Notes under the pieces: generated by a model | Told to the model about the DNA's origin: nothing | The model's database searches: none | Seen by the model: only the letters and a program-made list of their open reading frames with translations | Origin: an uncultured Bacteroidaceae bacterium | GTDB lineage: Bacteria > Bacteroidota > Bacteroidia > Bacteroidales > GCA-2748055 | Reading direction: 5' to 3' | Length of the DNA stretch: 45,106 bases | Assembly (NCBI GenBank): GCA_964583445.1 | Contig: CAZOXI010000001.1 | Span: forward strand, 1-45,106 | Translations under genes and position numbers: made by a program | Part shown: positions 17,228-30,425 of the stretch, piece after piece | Position numbering within the stretch: the stretch's first letter is position 1 | Layout of the letters: every line of letters begins with the position of its first letter

Positions 17228-17923
17228 CTATTCTCCGACTGAAAGCAATTCAACTTCAAAGATCAGCACTGCATTTGGCGGTATGGTCGGTGAAGGTGGA
17301 CGCTGACCGTAGGCAAGCTCAGAGGGAATGTAGAATTTGTACTTCGATCCCACACTCATCAGCTGTAGTCCTTCGGTCCAGCCCGGGATTACCTGGTTCA
17401 GTCTGAAGGTGGCAGGTTCGCCACGCTCCACGCTGCTATCGAATACTGTACCATCAACGAGCGTACCGTGATAATGAACCGTTACCTGTGATGTATCAAC
17501 GGGCATCGGACCGTCACCTTCCTGGAGGGGTTCGTATTGTAACCCTGATTCAGTTGTGAACACACCCTGGCGCTGTGCATTTTCAGCAAGAAAATCCTCA
17601 CCTTCCTGTGATTTCTTATTCATTACGCCCTGGATTAACTGCATCTGCAGCATTTCAACTGTTTGTGCATCGAAAACGGATGAATCATTCAGCACAGTAT
17701 TGATGCCTGACCCGACCAATGCGGGTTCAATGCCGCCAAACATGTCAGTAGTCTGGTAACCTATGGAAAGACCCAGGAAATAACTCAGGGAATCCCAATC
17801 ATTTTGAAGGTTTACCTGGGACTCAGACTTGATCTGCTCACCGCCGATAAAGCCCTTAACAAGATATCCTCCGGCAAATGCAACAATCGCTATGATGACT
17901 GTTGTTAATGTTTTGTTGTTCAT
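17228..17923 (-). CDS. FKBP-type peptidyl-prolyl cis-trans isomerase (FkpA/FklB-like, membrane/periplasm-targeted)
   Basis: N-terminal hydrophobic segment, a dimerisation-like domain, and an FKBP core ([43 protein letters not shown]...[10 protein letters not shown]). Confidence 0.9.
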   Translation of the reverse strand: MNNKTLTTVIIAIVAFAGGYLVKGFIGGEQIKSESQVNLQNDWDSLSYFLGLSIGYQTTDMFGGIEPALVGSGINTVLNDSSVFDAQTVEMLQMQLIQGVMNKKSQEGEDFLAENAQRQGVFTTESGLQYEPLQEGDGPMPVDTSQVTVHYHGTLVDGTVFDSSVERGEPATFRLNQVIPGWTEGLQLMSVGSKYKFYIPSELAYGQRPPSPTIPPNAVLIFEVELLSVGE

Positions 17924-17961
17924 AATGGTTAATTAAAATTTAATTAAGTGAAGCTGCGAAG

Positions 17962-18627
17962 TTAAGAAAAATTTTTCACGGCACGAGTGATCTCCCTTTT
18001 CCCGGGAGGACCGGGTATTTTTTTTACACGAAATCCGGCAGCTTCCAAATGCCGCCTTACCTGTCCGCGTGCAGAATAGGTGGTCAGCACCGCCCCGGCT
18101 GCAGCATGATCGAATACTTTCCTGAACATTTCAATACCCCAGAGTTCTGGCTGGACTTCCGGGGCAAAAGCATCAAAATAGATCACATCGAATGTTCCCC
18201 CGGGCGAGGCAACCCTGAAATCTGCTTTTTCCTTGTAAATTTTGAAATTCGAGCTGAGTTCCACATCCTCGTTCCAGGCACACTCATGGATCTTGTTAAA
18301 AATCTCCGGATCGTCACAGCCCGAAATCCTGGAGAGATTCAGGAGCTCCTTTTCTGCATTGGTGACAGGATACTTTTCAACAGCATGATAGAATACTTTC
18401 CTCCCTGTCCTGGCAGCATGAATATAAGTTAATAACATGTTCAACCCGGTACCCATGCCATATTCCAGTACCCGCACAGGATCCTTCCCGGAATAGAGCA
18501 ATCCCGCCTGGATGTAAATATGCTCCGACTCCTGAACGGCACCATGTATGGAATGGTAATGCTCGCCCAGTTCAGGAACAAATATTGTATGCGACCCATC
18601 TTCAGTTTTAACCAGCCTTCTGTTCAT
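17962..18627 (-). CDS. mnmD: tRNA (5-methylaminomethyl-2-thiouridine) methyltransferase MnmD (MnmC methyltransferase-domain homologue)
   Basis: 221 aa. VLEYGMGTGLN SAM motif and FDVIYFDAFAPEVQPELW, the motif typical of the MnmC/MnmD (DUF752) family. Confidence 0.85.
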   Translation of the reverse strand: MNRRLVKTEDGSHTIFVPELGEHYHSIHGAVQESEHIYIQAGLLYSGKDPVRVLEYGMGTGLNMLLTYIHAARTGRKVFYHAVEKYPVTNAEKELLNLSRISGCDDPEIFNKIHECAWNEDVELSSNFKIYKEKADFRVASPGGTFDVIYFDAFAPEVQPELWGIEMFRKVFDHAAAGAVLTTYSARGQVRRHLEAAGFRVKKIPGPPGKREITRAVKNFS

Positions 18628-18934
18628 AATCCAAAATTAGACTTTATTTTTCCAAATACCTATCCCAATAGAATGTAGGTATGACAGCCTGAATATGAAT
18701 TGATTTAATAATTTGGCGGGAATGTTAATAACTCACCAGGAAGCCACTGTATATATACTGTAAATTCGTATGAAAATGATGGTCAGGGTATACATTGAAT
18801 AGCAGAAGGGGCAGTGGGGAAGCTGTTGAAGACCACGAAGGGTGATAATCATGACGGTCGCCTTTTTATGGTGAAAAAGATTGATCTCTACGGCACATTT
18901 TGTTGATCTGAAATGACCCCCGATGCGTGTCTGA

Positions 18935-19279
18935 TCAATGTCTGACCTGAAATGTTAGTAAACACTGCCAGCTTTTTCTGGAGATTGCTGGTAAGCCTGT
19001 CTGAGAAACCCGGGGCTGATTGCGATGGAAAGGAATTTGAGCTGTTGAAGCCCCGGTTTTCAGTAGGGTTCTTTGAGTAACGAAATCAACGCAGTGAAGC
19101 AACCGCCTGTCTTTTACTCCTGTCTCTACCAAAGGGTTAGAATTTGCTGCAATTACTGGCAGGTGTGTGCCCGGATTCAGGAGGTCCGGGCTTTTTGCTT
19201 CCTGTGTCATGTATTCTTCAATAAATTTATCCCTCGACCAGAACAGAATCACCGCTCCCCCGCCATGTATCCTCATCAA
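18935..19279 (-). pseudogene. possible remnant of an alpha/beta-hydrolase (HGGG oxyanion-hole type) gene
   Basis: The 114-aa ORF begins ...YFLMRIHGGGAVILFW, which resembles the HGGG block of HSL-type esterases. No GxSxG nucleophile motif follows. It lies in a 780-bp stretch that otherwise lacks genes. Confidence 0.25.
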
Positions 19280-19365
19280 GAAATAACTGGTGATTGTGGT
19301 ATGTGGAGAATTTCATGGAAAACCGTCTGCTAAATAATTATTTTTTCCTTCCTGCCTTAAATATG

Positions 19366-19373
19366 TACATTTG
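19366..19373 (+). promoter_or_regulatory. candidate Bacteroidota -7 promoter element (TACATTTG)
   Basis: Exact TAnnTTTG match 37 nt upstream of the ATG at 19410. Confidence 0.3.
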
Positions 19374-19409
19374 TGGTGCGCTTACTAACCTTACAAATTA
19401 ATATTAAAT

Positions 19410-20309
19410 ATGAAACCGACTTTATTAGTCCTGGCAGCAGGAATGGGAAGCCGTTATGGCGGACAAAAACAAACCGATGCATTCGGACCCTCGGGTGAAA
19501 CAATTACTGATTATTCCATCTATGATGGTATTAAAGCCGGCTTCGGCAAGGTCGTATTTGTGATCGCCCCGCGGATGGAGGAAGAGTTCAAAAATGAGTA
19601 TATCAAAAGGTTTCCTGCTGACCTGCAGGTAGAATATGTGATCCAGGATGTAAAAAATGTTCCTGAAGGATTTACGGTTCCCGAAGAAAGGGTCAAGCCC
19701 TGGGGCACTGCCCATGCTGTCCTGATGGCCAAAGATGCTATTAGCGAACCATTTGCGGTGATCAATGCAGATGATTTCTATGGAAGGGAGTCCTACCGGA
19801 TCATGCACGATTTCCTGGTACAGGCGCAGCCGGGTGAATACAGCCTGGTTGGGTTTACACTTTCAAAGACGGTTTCTGAACACGGTTCTGTGGCGCGTGG
19901 AATATGTGAAACTGATGAAAATGAATTTCTAACCGAAATCGTTGAACGGACCAGGATCTTCAGCAAGGATGGAAAGATCTGGTACGAGGACGAGGATGGG
20001 AGCACTCATGATCTCTCCCCGGACGCGAAGGTTTCAATGAACCTGTTTGGCTTTACCCCCGATATTTTTGGACACCTGGAAAGTCAGTTCCGGTCATATA
20101 TCGAAAAGAACATCGACAGTGCCAAGGCTGAATTTTTTATCCCATATGTTGCAGATAACCTGATTCGCAATAAAGAGGCATCTTTCAAGGTCCTGGGGAC
20201 TCCCGAGTCATGGTTCGGGGTGACCTACCAGGACGACAGACCACATGTATTGAACATGATCAACAGGCTGGTGGAAGAAGGGGCCTATCCCACACCGCTC
20301 TGGAAATAG
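19410..20309 (+). CDS. sugar-1-phosphate nucleotidyltransferase family protein
   Basis: N-terminal nucleotide-binding loop LVLAAGMGSRYGGQKQ on a GT-A-like fold, 299 aa. The next gene starts 3 nt after its stop. Confidence 0.75.
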   Translation: MKPTLLVLAAGMGSRYGGQKQTDAFGPSGETITDYSIYDGIKAGFGKVVFVIAPRMEEEFKNEYIKRFPADLQVEYVIQDVKNVPEGFTVPEERVKPWGTAHAVLMAKDAISEPFAVINADDFYGRESYRIMHDFLVQAQPGEYSLVGFTLSKTVSEHGSVARGICETDENEFLTEIVERTRIFSKDGKIWYEDEDGSTHDLSPDAKVSMNLFGFTPDIFGHLESQFRSYIEKNIDSAKAEFFIPYVADNLIRNKEASFKVLGTPESWFGVTYQDDRPHVLNMINRLVEEGAYPTPLWK

Positions 20310-20311
20310 CA

Positions 20312-21436
20312 ATGGAACAGCTGATCAAAGAGCTGCTGACAGCTTACGGTTTTGTGCCTGCTTCCATGAAGGTGACTCCTATTCCACAGGGGCGCATTCA
20401 TGATTCCTATCTTGTTGAACATGTAGATGAACCCGGCCCGCCGCTGGTACTGCAGAAAATGAATCACCATGTCTTCAGGGACATACCGGGACTTATGAAA
20501 AATATGGAACTGGTCTCCGGGCACATTGCTTTTAAGAACAGGAAGGCGGGTAAGGATCCTGCCAGGAACGGAATCCTGCTGGTGGAAGCGGAAGGGGGTA
20601 AAAGCTATGTGGGCAATGACGAATCGGGATACTGGCGCATGTTCTGGTTCATTGAAGATCAGAAAAGTTACGAGATCGCATCGAACGAAAACATTGCCTT
20701 TGAAGGGGGAAAGGCCATTGCCCACTTCCAGGCCATGCTTACAGATCTCGATCTGGAGAAGGTCGGGGATACCATTCCCGGTTTTCATAACCTCGACGCA
20801 CGGGTCAGCCAACTGAAGGATGCCGTTGCACGTGCCCCGGCAGAGCGACTGAGAAAGGCTGGCTCCATGATCGAACTGGCGGAAATGCATCTCACACCGG
20901 TTGCTGAATTGTATGCATCCTCCAGGGATGGAGAGGTGCCGGTGCGGATTACCCATAACGATACCAAATTCAATAACATCCTCTTCAGCCGGGAGGGTAC
21001 GGCAACATGTATGATCGACCTGGATACCGTCATGAAAGGGTATGCCTGGTTTGATTTTGCAGATGCACTCCGGACCTGCGCCAGCCAAGCTACCGAGGAG
21101 GAGACCGATATGGAAAAGGTCGGGTTTGATATAGCTATCTTCAGGGCATTTACAAAGGGATATCTTTCAGAAGCAACTCTCTTCCTGACAAAAGAAGAAA
21201 TGGCATTGCTGCCTCTCGCCCCGATGGCGTTTGCATACATCCAGGCCATCAGGTTTCTGTCTGATTACCTGGATGGAGACGTGTATTATACAACCACCAG
21301 GGAGGATCAGAACCTTACCAGGGCAGCCAACCAGTTCACACTGATGCAAAGCATGCTTGTCCGGCAGGAGGAGATGAAAAGGATTGTTAAATATGTGATT
21401 GAAGAGCTGCAGACCCGCCAGGAAACTGGAGTGTAA
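20312..21436 (+). CDS. aminoglycoside-phosphotransferase-fold sugar kinase (N-acetylhexosamine-1-kinase/NahK-like)
   Basis: GRIHDSYLV near the N-terminus, catalytic loop ITHNDTKFNNILF and CMIDLDT. I set the start at the ATG at 20312 (MEQLIKELL), because the track's 20210 start overlaps the upstream gene. Confidence 0.75.
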   Translation: MEQLIKELLTAYGFVPASMKVTPIPQGRIHDSYLVEHVDEPGPPLVLQKMNHHVFRDIPGLMKNMELVSGHIAFKNRKAGKDPARNGILLVEAEGGKSYVGNDESGYWRMFWFIEDQKSYEIASNENIAFEGGKAIAHFQAMLTDLDLEKVGDTIPGFHNLDARVSQLKDAVARAPAERLRKAGSMIELAEMHLTPVAELYASSRDGEVPVRITHNDTKFNNILFSREGTATCMIDLDTVMKGYAWFDFADALRTCASQATEEETDMEKVGFDIAIFRAFTKGYLSEATLFLTKEEMALLPLAPMAFAYIQAIRFLSDYLDGDVYYTTTREDQNLTRAANQFTLMQSMLVRQEEMKRIVKYVIEELQTRQETGV

Positions 21437-21525
21437 TAAATGTTTGCTGGTTTTTTTTATATTCGATTGCAAAGATGTTATATGTCTATAAGGTGCCCAC
21501 TCAGTATTAACACACAAAATTATGA

Positions 21526-24690
<3,165 letters not shown>

Positions 24691-24722
24691 TGTTCCGGGA
24701 TTAAAGAAATGGATTGAGGGAA

Positions 24723-24814
24723 ATGAATTCCGAAAAACTGAAAAACACCCTGCTGGCCATCATTGCATGCCTGCTCTGGTCCTCTGCATTTGTGGGGATC
24801 AAGATCGGATTGCC
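24723..24814 (+). repeat. left copy of a perfect 92-bp direct repeat (identical to 30560-30651)
   Basis: Compared base by base: ATGAATTCCGAAAAACTGAAAAACACC...GATCAAGATCGGATTGCC is identical in both copies. The flanking bases differ on both sides. Confidence 0.95.
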
Positions 24815-24869
24815 TTGCATCATGAAATTTTTTGTCCGCCGGGTTAACTTACTCTTAAGACAATTGTAA
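24723..24869 (+). pseudogene. 5' fragment of the EamA transporter gene (first 31 codons, then unrelated sequence and a stop)
   Basis: MNSEKLKNTLLAIIACLLWSSAFVGIKIGLP is identical to the N-terminus of the intact gene at 30560. It then diverges (CIMKFFVRRVNLLLRQL*). Confidence 0.85.
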
Positions 24870-25100
24870 GGAGCGGCACATTAAATTTTTATGAATCTGC
24901 TGCCCGTATTCCTGTAACTGCCTCCACAGCTGCATTAATTACGATCCCATACACTAAACCGGAGTATTGAATCCTAAATTCTTTAAGACGATATTAATAT
25001 GTATTCAAGCATTTAGTAACCATATATTAAAAATTTAGCAATCAGTTTAGATAACCTGGCCAGTACTTTTACACTCGTTATTAATTTAAAACTGATTGAA

Positions 25101-26045
25101 ATGAAAAGACATTTACTTACAATTGTATTACTTGCATTTGCCGGTATCTATACCGCAACAACGGCACAGTCACTAACCCTTAAAATTATCGAAACCCACA
25201 AGGATGGAGAAACCTCCATTTCGTATGATGACGGAGAATATGAAGGAGATTCCATTGATAAGGTGAACGATGATGACCTGGATATGGGATGGGAAGGTGA
25301 GGACCTGAATGTGATGACTGCTTACACCCGTTTCCAGAACGTCACTATTCCGCAGGGCACACCAATTGATTCTGCAGTACTTATTATATATGCACATGAG
25401 GATGAAACAGCACCAGCATATATTACTGTATATGCTGAAGATATCGATGATTCTCCTATGTTCTCAGATGATGAGGCGCTTGCAGACAGGGAAATGACCA
25501 CTGCATCTGTAGCCTGGGATTGTGTCGATGACTGGACCATGTGGCAGCCTTACCATTCGCCCAACCTGGCTGTATTGATAGAGGAAGTGGTGAACAGACC
25601 CGGCTGGGTATCCGGAAACAGCCTTACCCTTTTCATGAAGGGCGAAGACCAGGGAGCAAGCCTGCTGGATAACGGCAGAGATTTTGAGTCATTTGAAAAC
25701 ATCGAAGACCCTGAAGATGGCGGTGACGGACTGCATCACCCGGAGCGGATCCCGGTACTTAAAGTTTTCTGGGGAGGTGTTACATCTGCCATTGATGCAA
25801 GGACGGAAGCCCAATCACAATTTAATATTTATCCAAACCCCGCCAATGAAGTATTGCATATTGATCCTTCTGTGGAGGGTACTTACGCTGTTTCCGTATT
25901 TACGCTCAGCGGTCAGCTTGTAAAGCATACTGAAAACAATTCCGCAGCAACCACCATGGACATCAGTAATCTCCACAAAGGGATTTACATCATAGAAACT
26001 CTTCAGAATGGCGATCGCTCCAACAGCAAGGTAGTGATTCACTAA
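25101..26045 (+). CDS. secreted acidic protein of unknown function with T9SS type-A C-terminal sorting domain
   Basis: Signal peptide MKRHLLTIVLLAFAGIYTATTAQ. The C-terminal 75 aa or so (FNIYPNPANEVLHID...ISNLHKGIYIIETLQNG...KVVIH) match the Por secretion tail pattern. Confidence 0.8.
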   Translation: MKRHLLTIVLLAFAGIYTATTAQSLTLKIIETHKDGETSISYDDGEYEGDSIDKVNDDDLDMGWEGEDLNVMTAYTRFQNVTIPQGTPIDSAVLIIYAHEDETAPAYITVYAEDIDDSPMFSDDEALADREMTTASVAWDCVDDWTMWQPYHSPNLAVLIEEVVNRPGWVSGNSLTLFMKGEDQGASLLDNGRDFESFENIEDPEDGGDGLHHPERIPVLKVFWGGVTSAIDARTEAQSQFNIYPNPANEVLHIDPSVEGTYAVSVFTLSGQLVKHTENNSAATTMDISNLHKGIYIIETLQNGDRSNSKVVIH

Positions 26046-26071
26046 ATGATGCGTGTTTTACAAATGGTTCA

Positions 26072-26112
26072 GGTGATCCGGATACAACGTGTCCGGGTCA
26101 CCTTTCCTTCTT
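26072..26112 (+). terminator. candidate rho-independent terminator
   Basis: GGTGATCCGGA-tacaacgtg-TCCGGGTCACC (11-bp stem with one G-U pair), followed by TTTCCTTCTTC. Confidence 0.55.
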
Positions 26113-26226
26113 CAGAAATGGTTACGGGTGATTTATTTTTCTTTTTTGCGCATCTGAACAGCTTCTGATCATACAGTTATTAAACGCTATGGCAGGCATT
26201 CAATAGTTATTAATCCTACTCAACTT

Positions 26227-29124
26227 ATGATAAAAAGAGCGGTTGAACTGATCCTTATTTCAGTTGTGTTTTTGCAGTACCCGTTGATTGGCCAGGATGG
26301 CCGTTTGCTTACCGGCCGGGTGTTGGATGATGTAACCGGAGAACCCCTGGCTGGTGCAACTGTCCAGGTGGCGAATACCCTCCGGGGAACTGCAACGGAC
26401 CTGGACGGTAATTTCTCGTTCAGCGAACTGAGCCAGAGCGGTTTTTCGATTGAAATCAGTTATATCAGCTATGAATCCGCAACGGTTCCTGTTGCATTTG
26501 GAAGTGCCAGCAATAAAAATATCATTGTCAGGCTCAAACCACTGGCGACCGGGATTGATGAGGTAAGGGTGCTTGGACAGGCAGAGGGTCAGACAAAAGC
26601 CTATCTGAAACAGCGCCTCGCAGAAAATATAAAAAACGTGGTTTCGTCTGAACAGATCGTTAAATTTCCTGATCTGAATGCTGCGGAAGTGATGCAACGC
26701 ATTCCAGGTATTACCTTGCAGCGTGATCAGGGAGAAGGAAGATATGTTCAGTTGCGGGGCACCCCGCCGGAACTGACAAATTTTAATATTAACGGGGAGC
26801 AGATCCCTTCTCCCGAAGGTGGTGTGCGGTATGTCGGGCTGGATATGATATCAGCTGACCAGATCGAATTTATAGAGGTTACAAAAGTGCTTACCCCGGA
26901 TATGGATGCAGACGGAATTGCCGGGAATGTCAACATTATTACAAAATCCGCAAGTCCCGGAGAACCCAGGATATCCGCATCACTGGCAGGAGGATATAAC
27001 CACCTGATGGGAACAGACAATGAACAGATCCAGTTTTCGTATGGCGCGAGGGTAAAGAAGTTTGGATTCCAGGTGAGTGGCAGCTATTACAACAATAACC
27101 AGGGATCACATAATATGGAATATGATTATTCCAGGGGACCGATCCTTTCACAGGGACAATCTGGTGACACCACAGCAAATAATTTCTATGTGCTTTACGA
27201 GGATGTAGAACTGCGCCACTATACGCTGAACAGGAAAAGGCTGGGCCTGAGTGCGAATTTTGATTATCAGCCCAATGAAAACAACATGTTTTACTTGCGC
27301 GGCATGTACAATAAATTCAGTGATTTTGAGATCCGTCAGCGATTGTCACACGGACTTTCGGATGCAAATGACCTGCTGGAGTACAGGGAGACCAGTCTTC
27401 ACAGAAACGTCAGGCAACGCACAGAATACCAAGAGATTACCTCATTTAACCTGGGCGCGGAACATGAAATGTTTCTTGGAAGCTCGCTTGATTACGAGGT
27501 ATCTTATGCAATTGCCTCGGAGGAAATACCGGATTATATGTTCGCAGATTTTGACCAGGGGGGGATTGATGTGCGCATCGACAAGACCGACCCGGTCTGG
27601 CCGAGGATTGCCCTTGTGGATGCCGGTGATTCACTGGATGCCGTTTCGTATGGTGCATATCAATTTGATGAACTTTCCTTCCATGAAAGCATTGTCCGGG
27701 ATGTAAACACTACAGCCAAAATCAATTTTAAGTTGCCATATATGATTGGTAATCAGCAATTAGGGTATGTTAAGATGGGGGCAAAAGTCCGGGTGAAGGA
27801 TAAATATCGCAACCAGGATGCGCAGGTATTCAATAAATATTTCGAAAATGTGGCCCTCTATTCGCAAACAGGTCCGGTACTTAATCTGAATACGATCGAC
27901 GGGAACTTCCATGAACCTGACCTGCTGGGTCACGGATATGAGCTGTCCCATATGGTTGATCCCGACAGTATAAACGCCTTTTACGAAGCCCATCCGCAAC
28001 ATTTCAAATTCGATGAGCAGGATACGTGGGAAGATACCTACCAGGAGGACTATACGGCCAGGGAAAATATCTACGCAGCATACATGATGATCCGTCATGA
28101 TATCGGCCCCCTGATGCTCCTCGGGGGACTCAGATATGAACGAACAGATCTGATCTATACCGCGCAGGATGCCTGGACCGATTATTCAGACGGATTATTA
28201 AAGAAGAAGAAAAAATCGGATTCGCGCACAAAAAGTTTCTGGTTGCCGCAGGTACAGATCAAGTACCAACTTGACAACAGGACCAATATCAGGGGCGCCT
28301 TTACCTATTCATATTCACGTCCCAACTTCGATGATGCAATCCCTTACCGCAGGGAAAGCGATAATGGTGATATTGATAAGGGCAATCCCACACTTGACTA
28401 TCCTTTGTCCATGAATATCGACCTGCTGGCAGAGCGTTATTTGTCCTCAGACGGAATCCTCTCAGGTGGAATTTTTTACAAGAAAATAGATAATTTCATT
28501 TTTAATTTTGTCCGTCGCGCACATGAAGGTGAAAATTTCAACCTCTTTGGACTCAGGGAGATCACCATGGCTGTGAACGGGATCGAAGCCTATGTGTATG
28601 GTGCTGAATTTCAAAGCCAGTTTAAATTGAACTTTCTGCCTGGATTTCTGAAGAATTTCGGGATTTACTCCACCTATACATTTACAGAATCAGAAGCTTA
28701 TATCAGCAAAAGATATCCACAGGATGAAAACACGGTGATCCTGCGTTTTGACGACTATAATTCAGAATTTTTCACCAACAGTGATGAGACCGAAGTCATC
28801 CCGCTCCCCGGACAGGCAAAGCATACAATCAACCTCGCATTATTTTACGAGTCAAAACGATTGTATGCAAAAATTTCCGGCAACTATCACACTCCTTTTC
28901 TCGATGAACTGGGCAATGACAGCGGTCTTGATGTGTATTATGACCAGATTCTGCATCTTGATTTTACTGCCAATTTTAAGTTATCACCCCATTTGGTTTT
29001 ATTTACTGATATCATCAATATTACAGATGCACCTTTGCGGTATTATATGGGCACCCGTGATTATTTCAAACAGCAGGAGTATTATTCATGGTGGGGCAGG
29101 ATAGGACTTAAACTAAATATGTAA
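26227..29124 (+). CDS. TonB-dependent receptor with N-terminal carboxypeptidase-regulatory-like domain
   Basis: GRVLDDVTGEPLAGATVQVANTLRGTATDLDGNFSF (CarbopepD_reg), a plug domain (AAEVMQRIPGITLQRDQGEGRYVQLRG), then a long beta-barrel. 965 aa. Confidence 0.9.
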   Translation: MIKRAVELILISVVFLQYPLIGQDGRLLTGRVLDDVTGEPLAGATVQVANTLRGTATDLDGNFSFSELSQSGFSIEISYISYESATVPVAFGSASNKNIIVRLKPLATGIDEVRVLGQAEGQTKAYLKQRLAENIKNVVSSEQIVKFPDLNAAEVMQRIPGITLQRDQGEGRYVQLRGTPPELTNFNINGEQIPSPEGGVRYVGLDMISADQIEFIEVTKVLTPDMDADGIAGNVNIITKSASPGEPRISASLAGGYNHLMGTDNEQIQFSYGARVKKFGFQVSGSYYNNNQGSHNMEYDYSRGPILSQGQSGDTTANNFYVLYEDVELRHYTLNRKRLGLSANFDYQPNENNMFYLRGMYNKFSDFEIRQRLSHGLSDANDLLEYRETSLHRNVRQRTEYQEITSFNLGAEHEMFLGSSLDYEVSYAIASEEIPDYMFADFDQGGIDVRIDKTDPVWPRIALVDAGDSLDAVSYGAYQFDELSFHESIVRDVNTTAKINFKLPYMIGNQQLGYVKMGAKVRVKDKYRNQDAQVFNKYFENVALYSQTGPVLNLNTIDGNFHEPDLLGHGYELSHMVDPDSINAFYEAHPQHFKFDEQDTWEDTYQEDYTARENIYAAYMMIRHDIGPLMLLGGLRYERTDLIYTAQDAWTDYSDGLLKKKKKSDSRTKSFWLPQVQIKYQLDNRTNIRGAFTYSYSRPNFDDAIPYRRESDNGDIDKGNPTLDYPLSMNIDLLAERYLSSDGILSGGIFYKKIDNFIFNFVRRAHEGENFNLFGLREITMAVNGIEAYVYGAEFQSQFKLNFLPGFLKNFGIYSTYTFTESEAYISKRYPQDENTVILRFDDYNSEFFTNSDETEVIPLPGQAKHTINLALFYESKRLYAKISGNYHTPFLDELGNDSGLDVYYDQILHLDFTANFKLSPHLVLFTDIINITDAPLRYYMGTRDYFKQQEYYSWWGRIGLKLNM

Positions 29125-29207
29125 CCAGCTTGTTGGAGCAAGGAGACTTTCATTTCCAATTGCAACATGCCGGATTATTCAGCATAAATCAGATTAAATT
29201 ACATAAG

Positions 29208-30425
29208 ATGAAGAAATTAAGAACGGAGAAGAAAATGTACCATGTTCATTTCCTCAAGAGGATTACATTCTTGTTTGTTAGTGGCCTGTTATTACCTGCC
29301 GGTTGTATACAACGCGGAAGCGAATCAACTTCTGTAATAAAGGAAGCGGACAGTTTGTTGATCCAACAGCGGCTTGAAGCACGTGAAGATTCACTGGAGC
29401 TGGCCCAGGCACTCAAGGCGCAGGCAAATTTCGCACATAAACTGCAGGCAGCCGTTGAAACAGATCCCGTGGCTTCACTTGAGGGGGAAGATGCAGCCGA
29501 TGATCCTGCCATCTGGGTGAATAAAATGCACCCGGAGCAGAGCCTCATTTTGGGAACCAATAAAACAGGCGGACTAAATGTGTATGACCTGTCAGGGAAA
29601 GAGCAGCAAGTAAGGAATATTGGCAATGTAAACAATGTGGATCTCAGAGATGGTTTCAGTCTGAACGCTACAGAAGTGACCCTGGTGGCCACCAGTAACA
29701 GAAGTATTAATGCGGTGTCATTGCTGATCCTCGATCCTGTCACCGGAGTATTATCAGATACTATCCTGAATATTCCTTCGACGGTTGATGAGGTCTATGG
29801 GCTTTGCATGTTCATAGATCCTCAGACAAAAGACTATTTTGTATTTGTGAATGGTAAAGACGGGAAGATTGAACAGTGGTTGATTCAGGATACTAATGGA
29901 ATAAGTGGGGAATTGGTACGTACTTTCAGTGTGAACAGCCAGCCGGAGGGAATGGTAGTGGATGACCAGAACAGTTTGATCTATATCGGTGTTGAGGAGG
30001 AGGGTATTTATGTCACGGGTGCCGGAGCTTCAGATCCTGCTGAATTGAATTTCATCCCCGGTAGTGGCAGAATGAATGACGTTATTGAATTCGATATCGA
30101 AGGTTTAGCCATATTTTCTCACAACGGGCAACAATATCTCATGGCATCCAGCCAGGGTAATTTTTCATATGCACTGTTTGCCATTGGTGAGACCACTGCT
30201 TACCTGGCAAGCTTTGTCATTTCAGATGGTAGTGTTGACGGGGTTGAGGAAACCGATGGACTGGACATCACAACTGCATCTTTACCGGCTCCGTTCAGCG
30301 ATGGACTGCTCGTGGTCCAGGATGGTTTTAATGAGGATGGCGAACAGGCAAAAAACCAGAATTTCAAGCTGGTACCGATGACCGGGGTCAGGGAGCTATT
30401 GGATCGCATTCACAGGGCAGACTAG
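29208..30425 (+). CDS. beta-propeller phytase (3-phytase, BPP family) lipoprotein
   Basis: Strong resemblance along its length to Bacillus PhyC-type phytases (EDAADDPAIWVN, VDEVYG, NSQPEGMVVDD, DIEGLAI, ASSQGN, ETDGLD, NQNFKLVP). Lipobox LLLPAGC. The ATG at 29208 or 29235 is preferred over the track's TTG at 29130. Confidence 0.9.
   Translation: MKKLRTEKKMYHVHFLKRITFLFVSGLLLPAGCIQRGSESTSVIKEADSLLIQQRLEAREDSLELAQALKAQANFAHKLQAAVETDPVASLEGEDAADDPAIWVNKMHPEQSLILGTNKTGGLNVYDLSGKEQQVRNIGNVNNVDLRDGFSLNATEVTLVATSNRSINAVSLLILDPVTGVLSDTILNIPSTVDEVYGLCMFIDPQTKDYFVFVNGKDGKIEQWLIQDTNGISGELVRTFSVNSQPEGMVVDDQNSLIYIGVEEEGIYVTGAGASDPAELNFIPGSGRMNDVIEFDIEGLAIFSHNGQQYLMASSQGNFSYALFAIGETTAYLASFVISDGSVDGVEETDGLDITTASLPAPFSDGLLVVQDGFNEDGEQAKNQNFKLVPMTGVRELLDRIHRAD

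Noticed and set aside
20210-20311. The upstream extension of the kinase ORF (track start 20210).
   Set aside because: It overlaps the 3' end of the nucleotidyltransferase gene by 100 nt in another frame. The ATG at 20312, 2 nt after the upstream stop, gives a sensible N-terminus.
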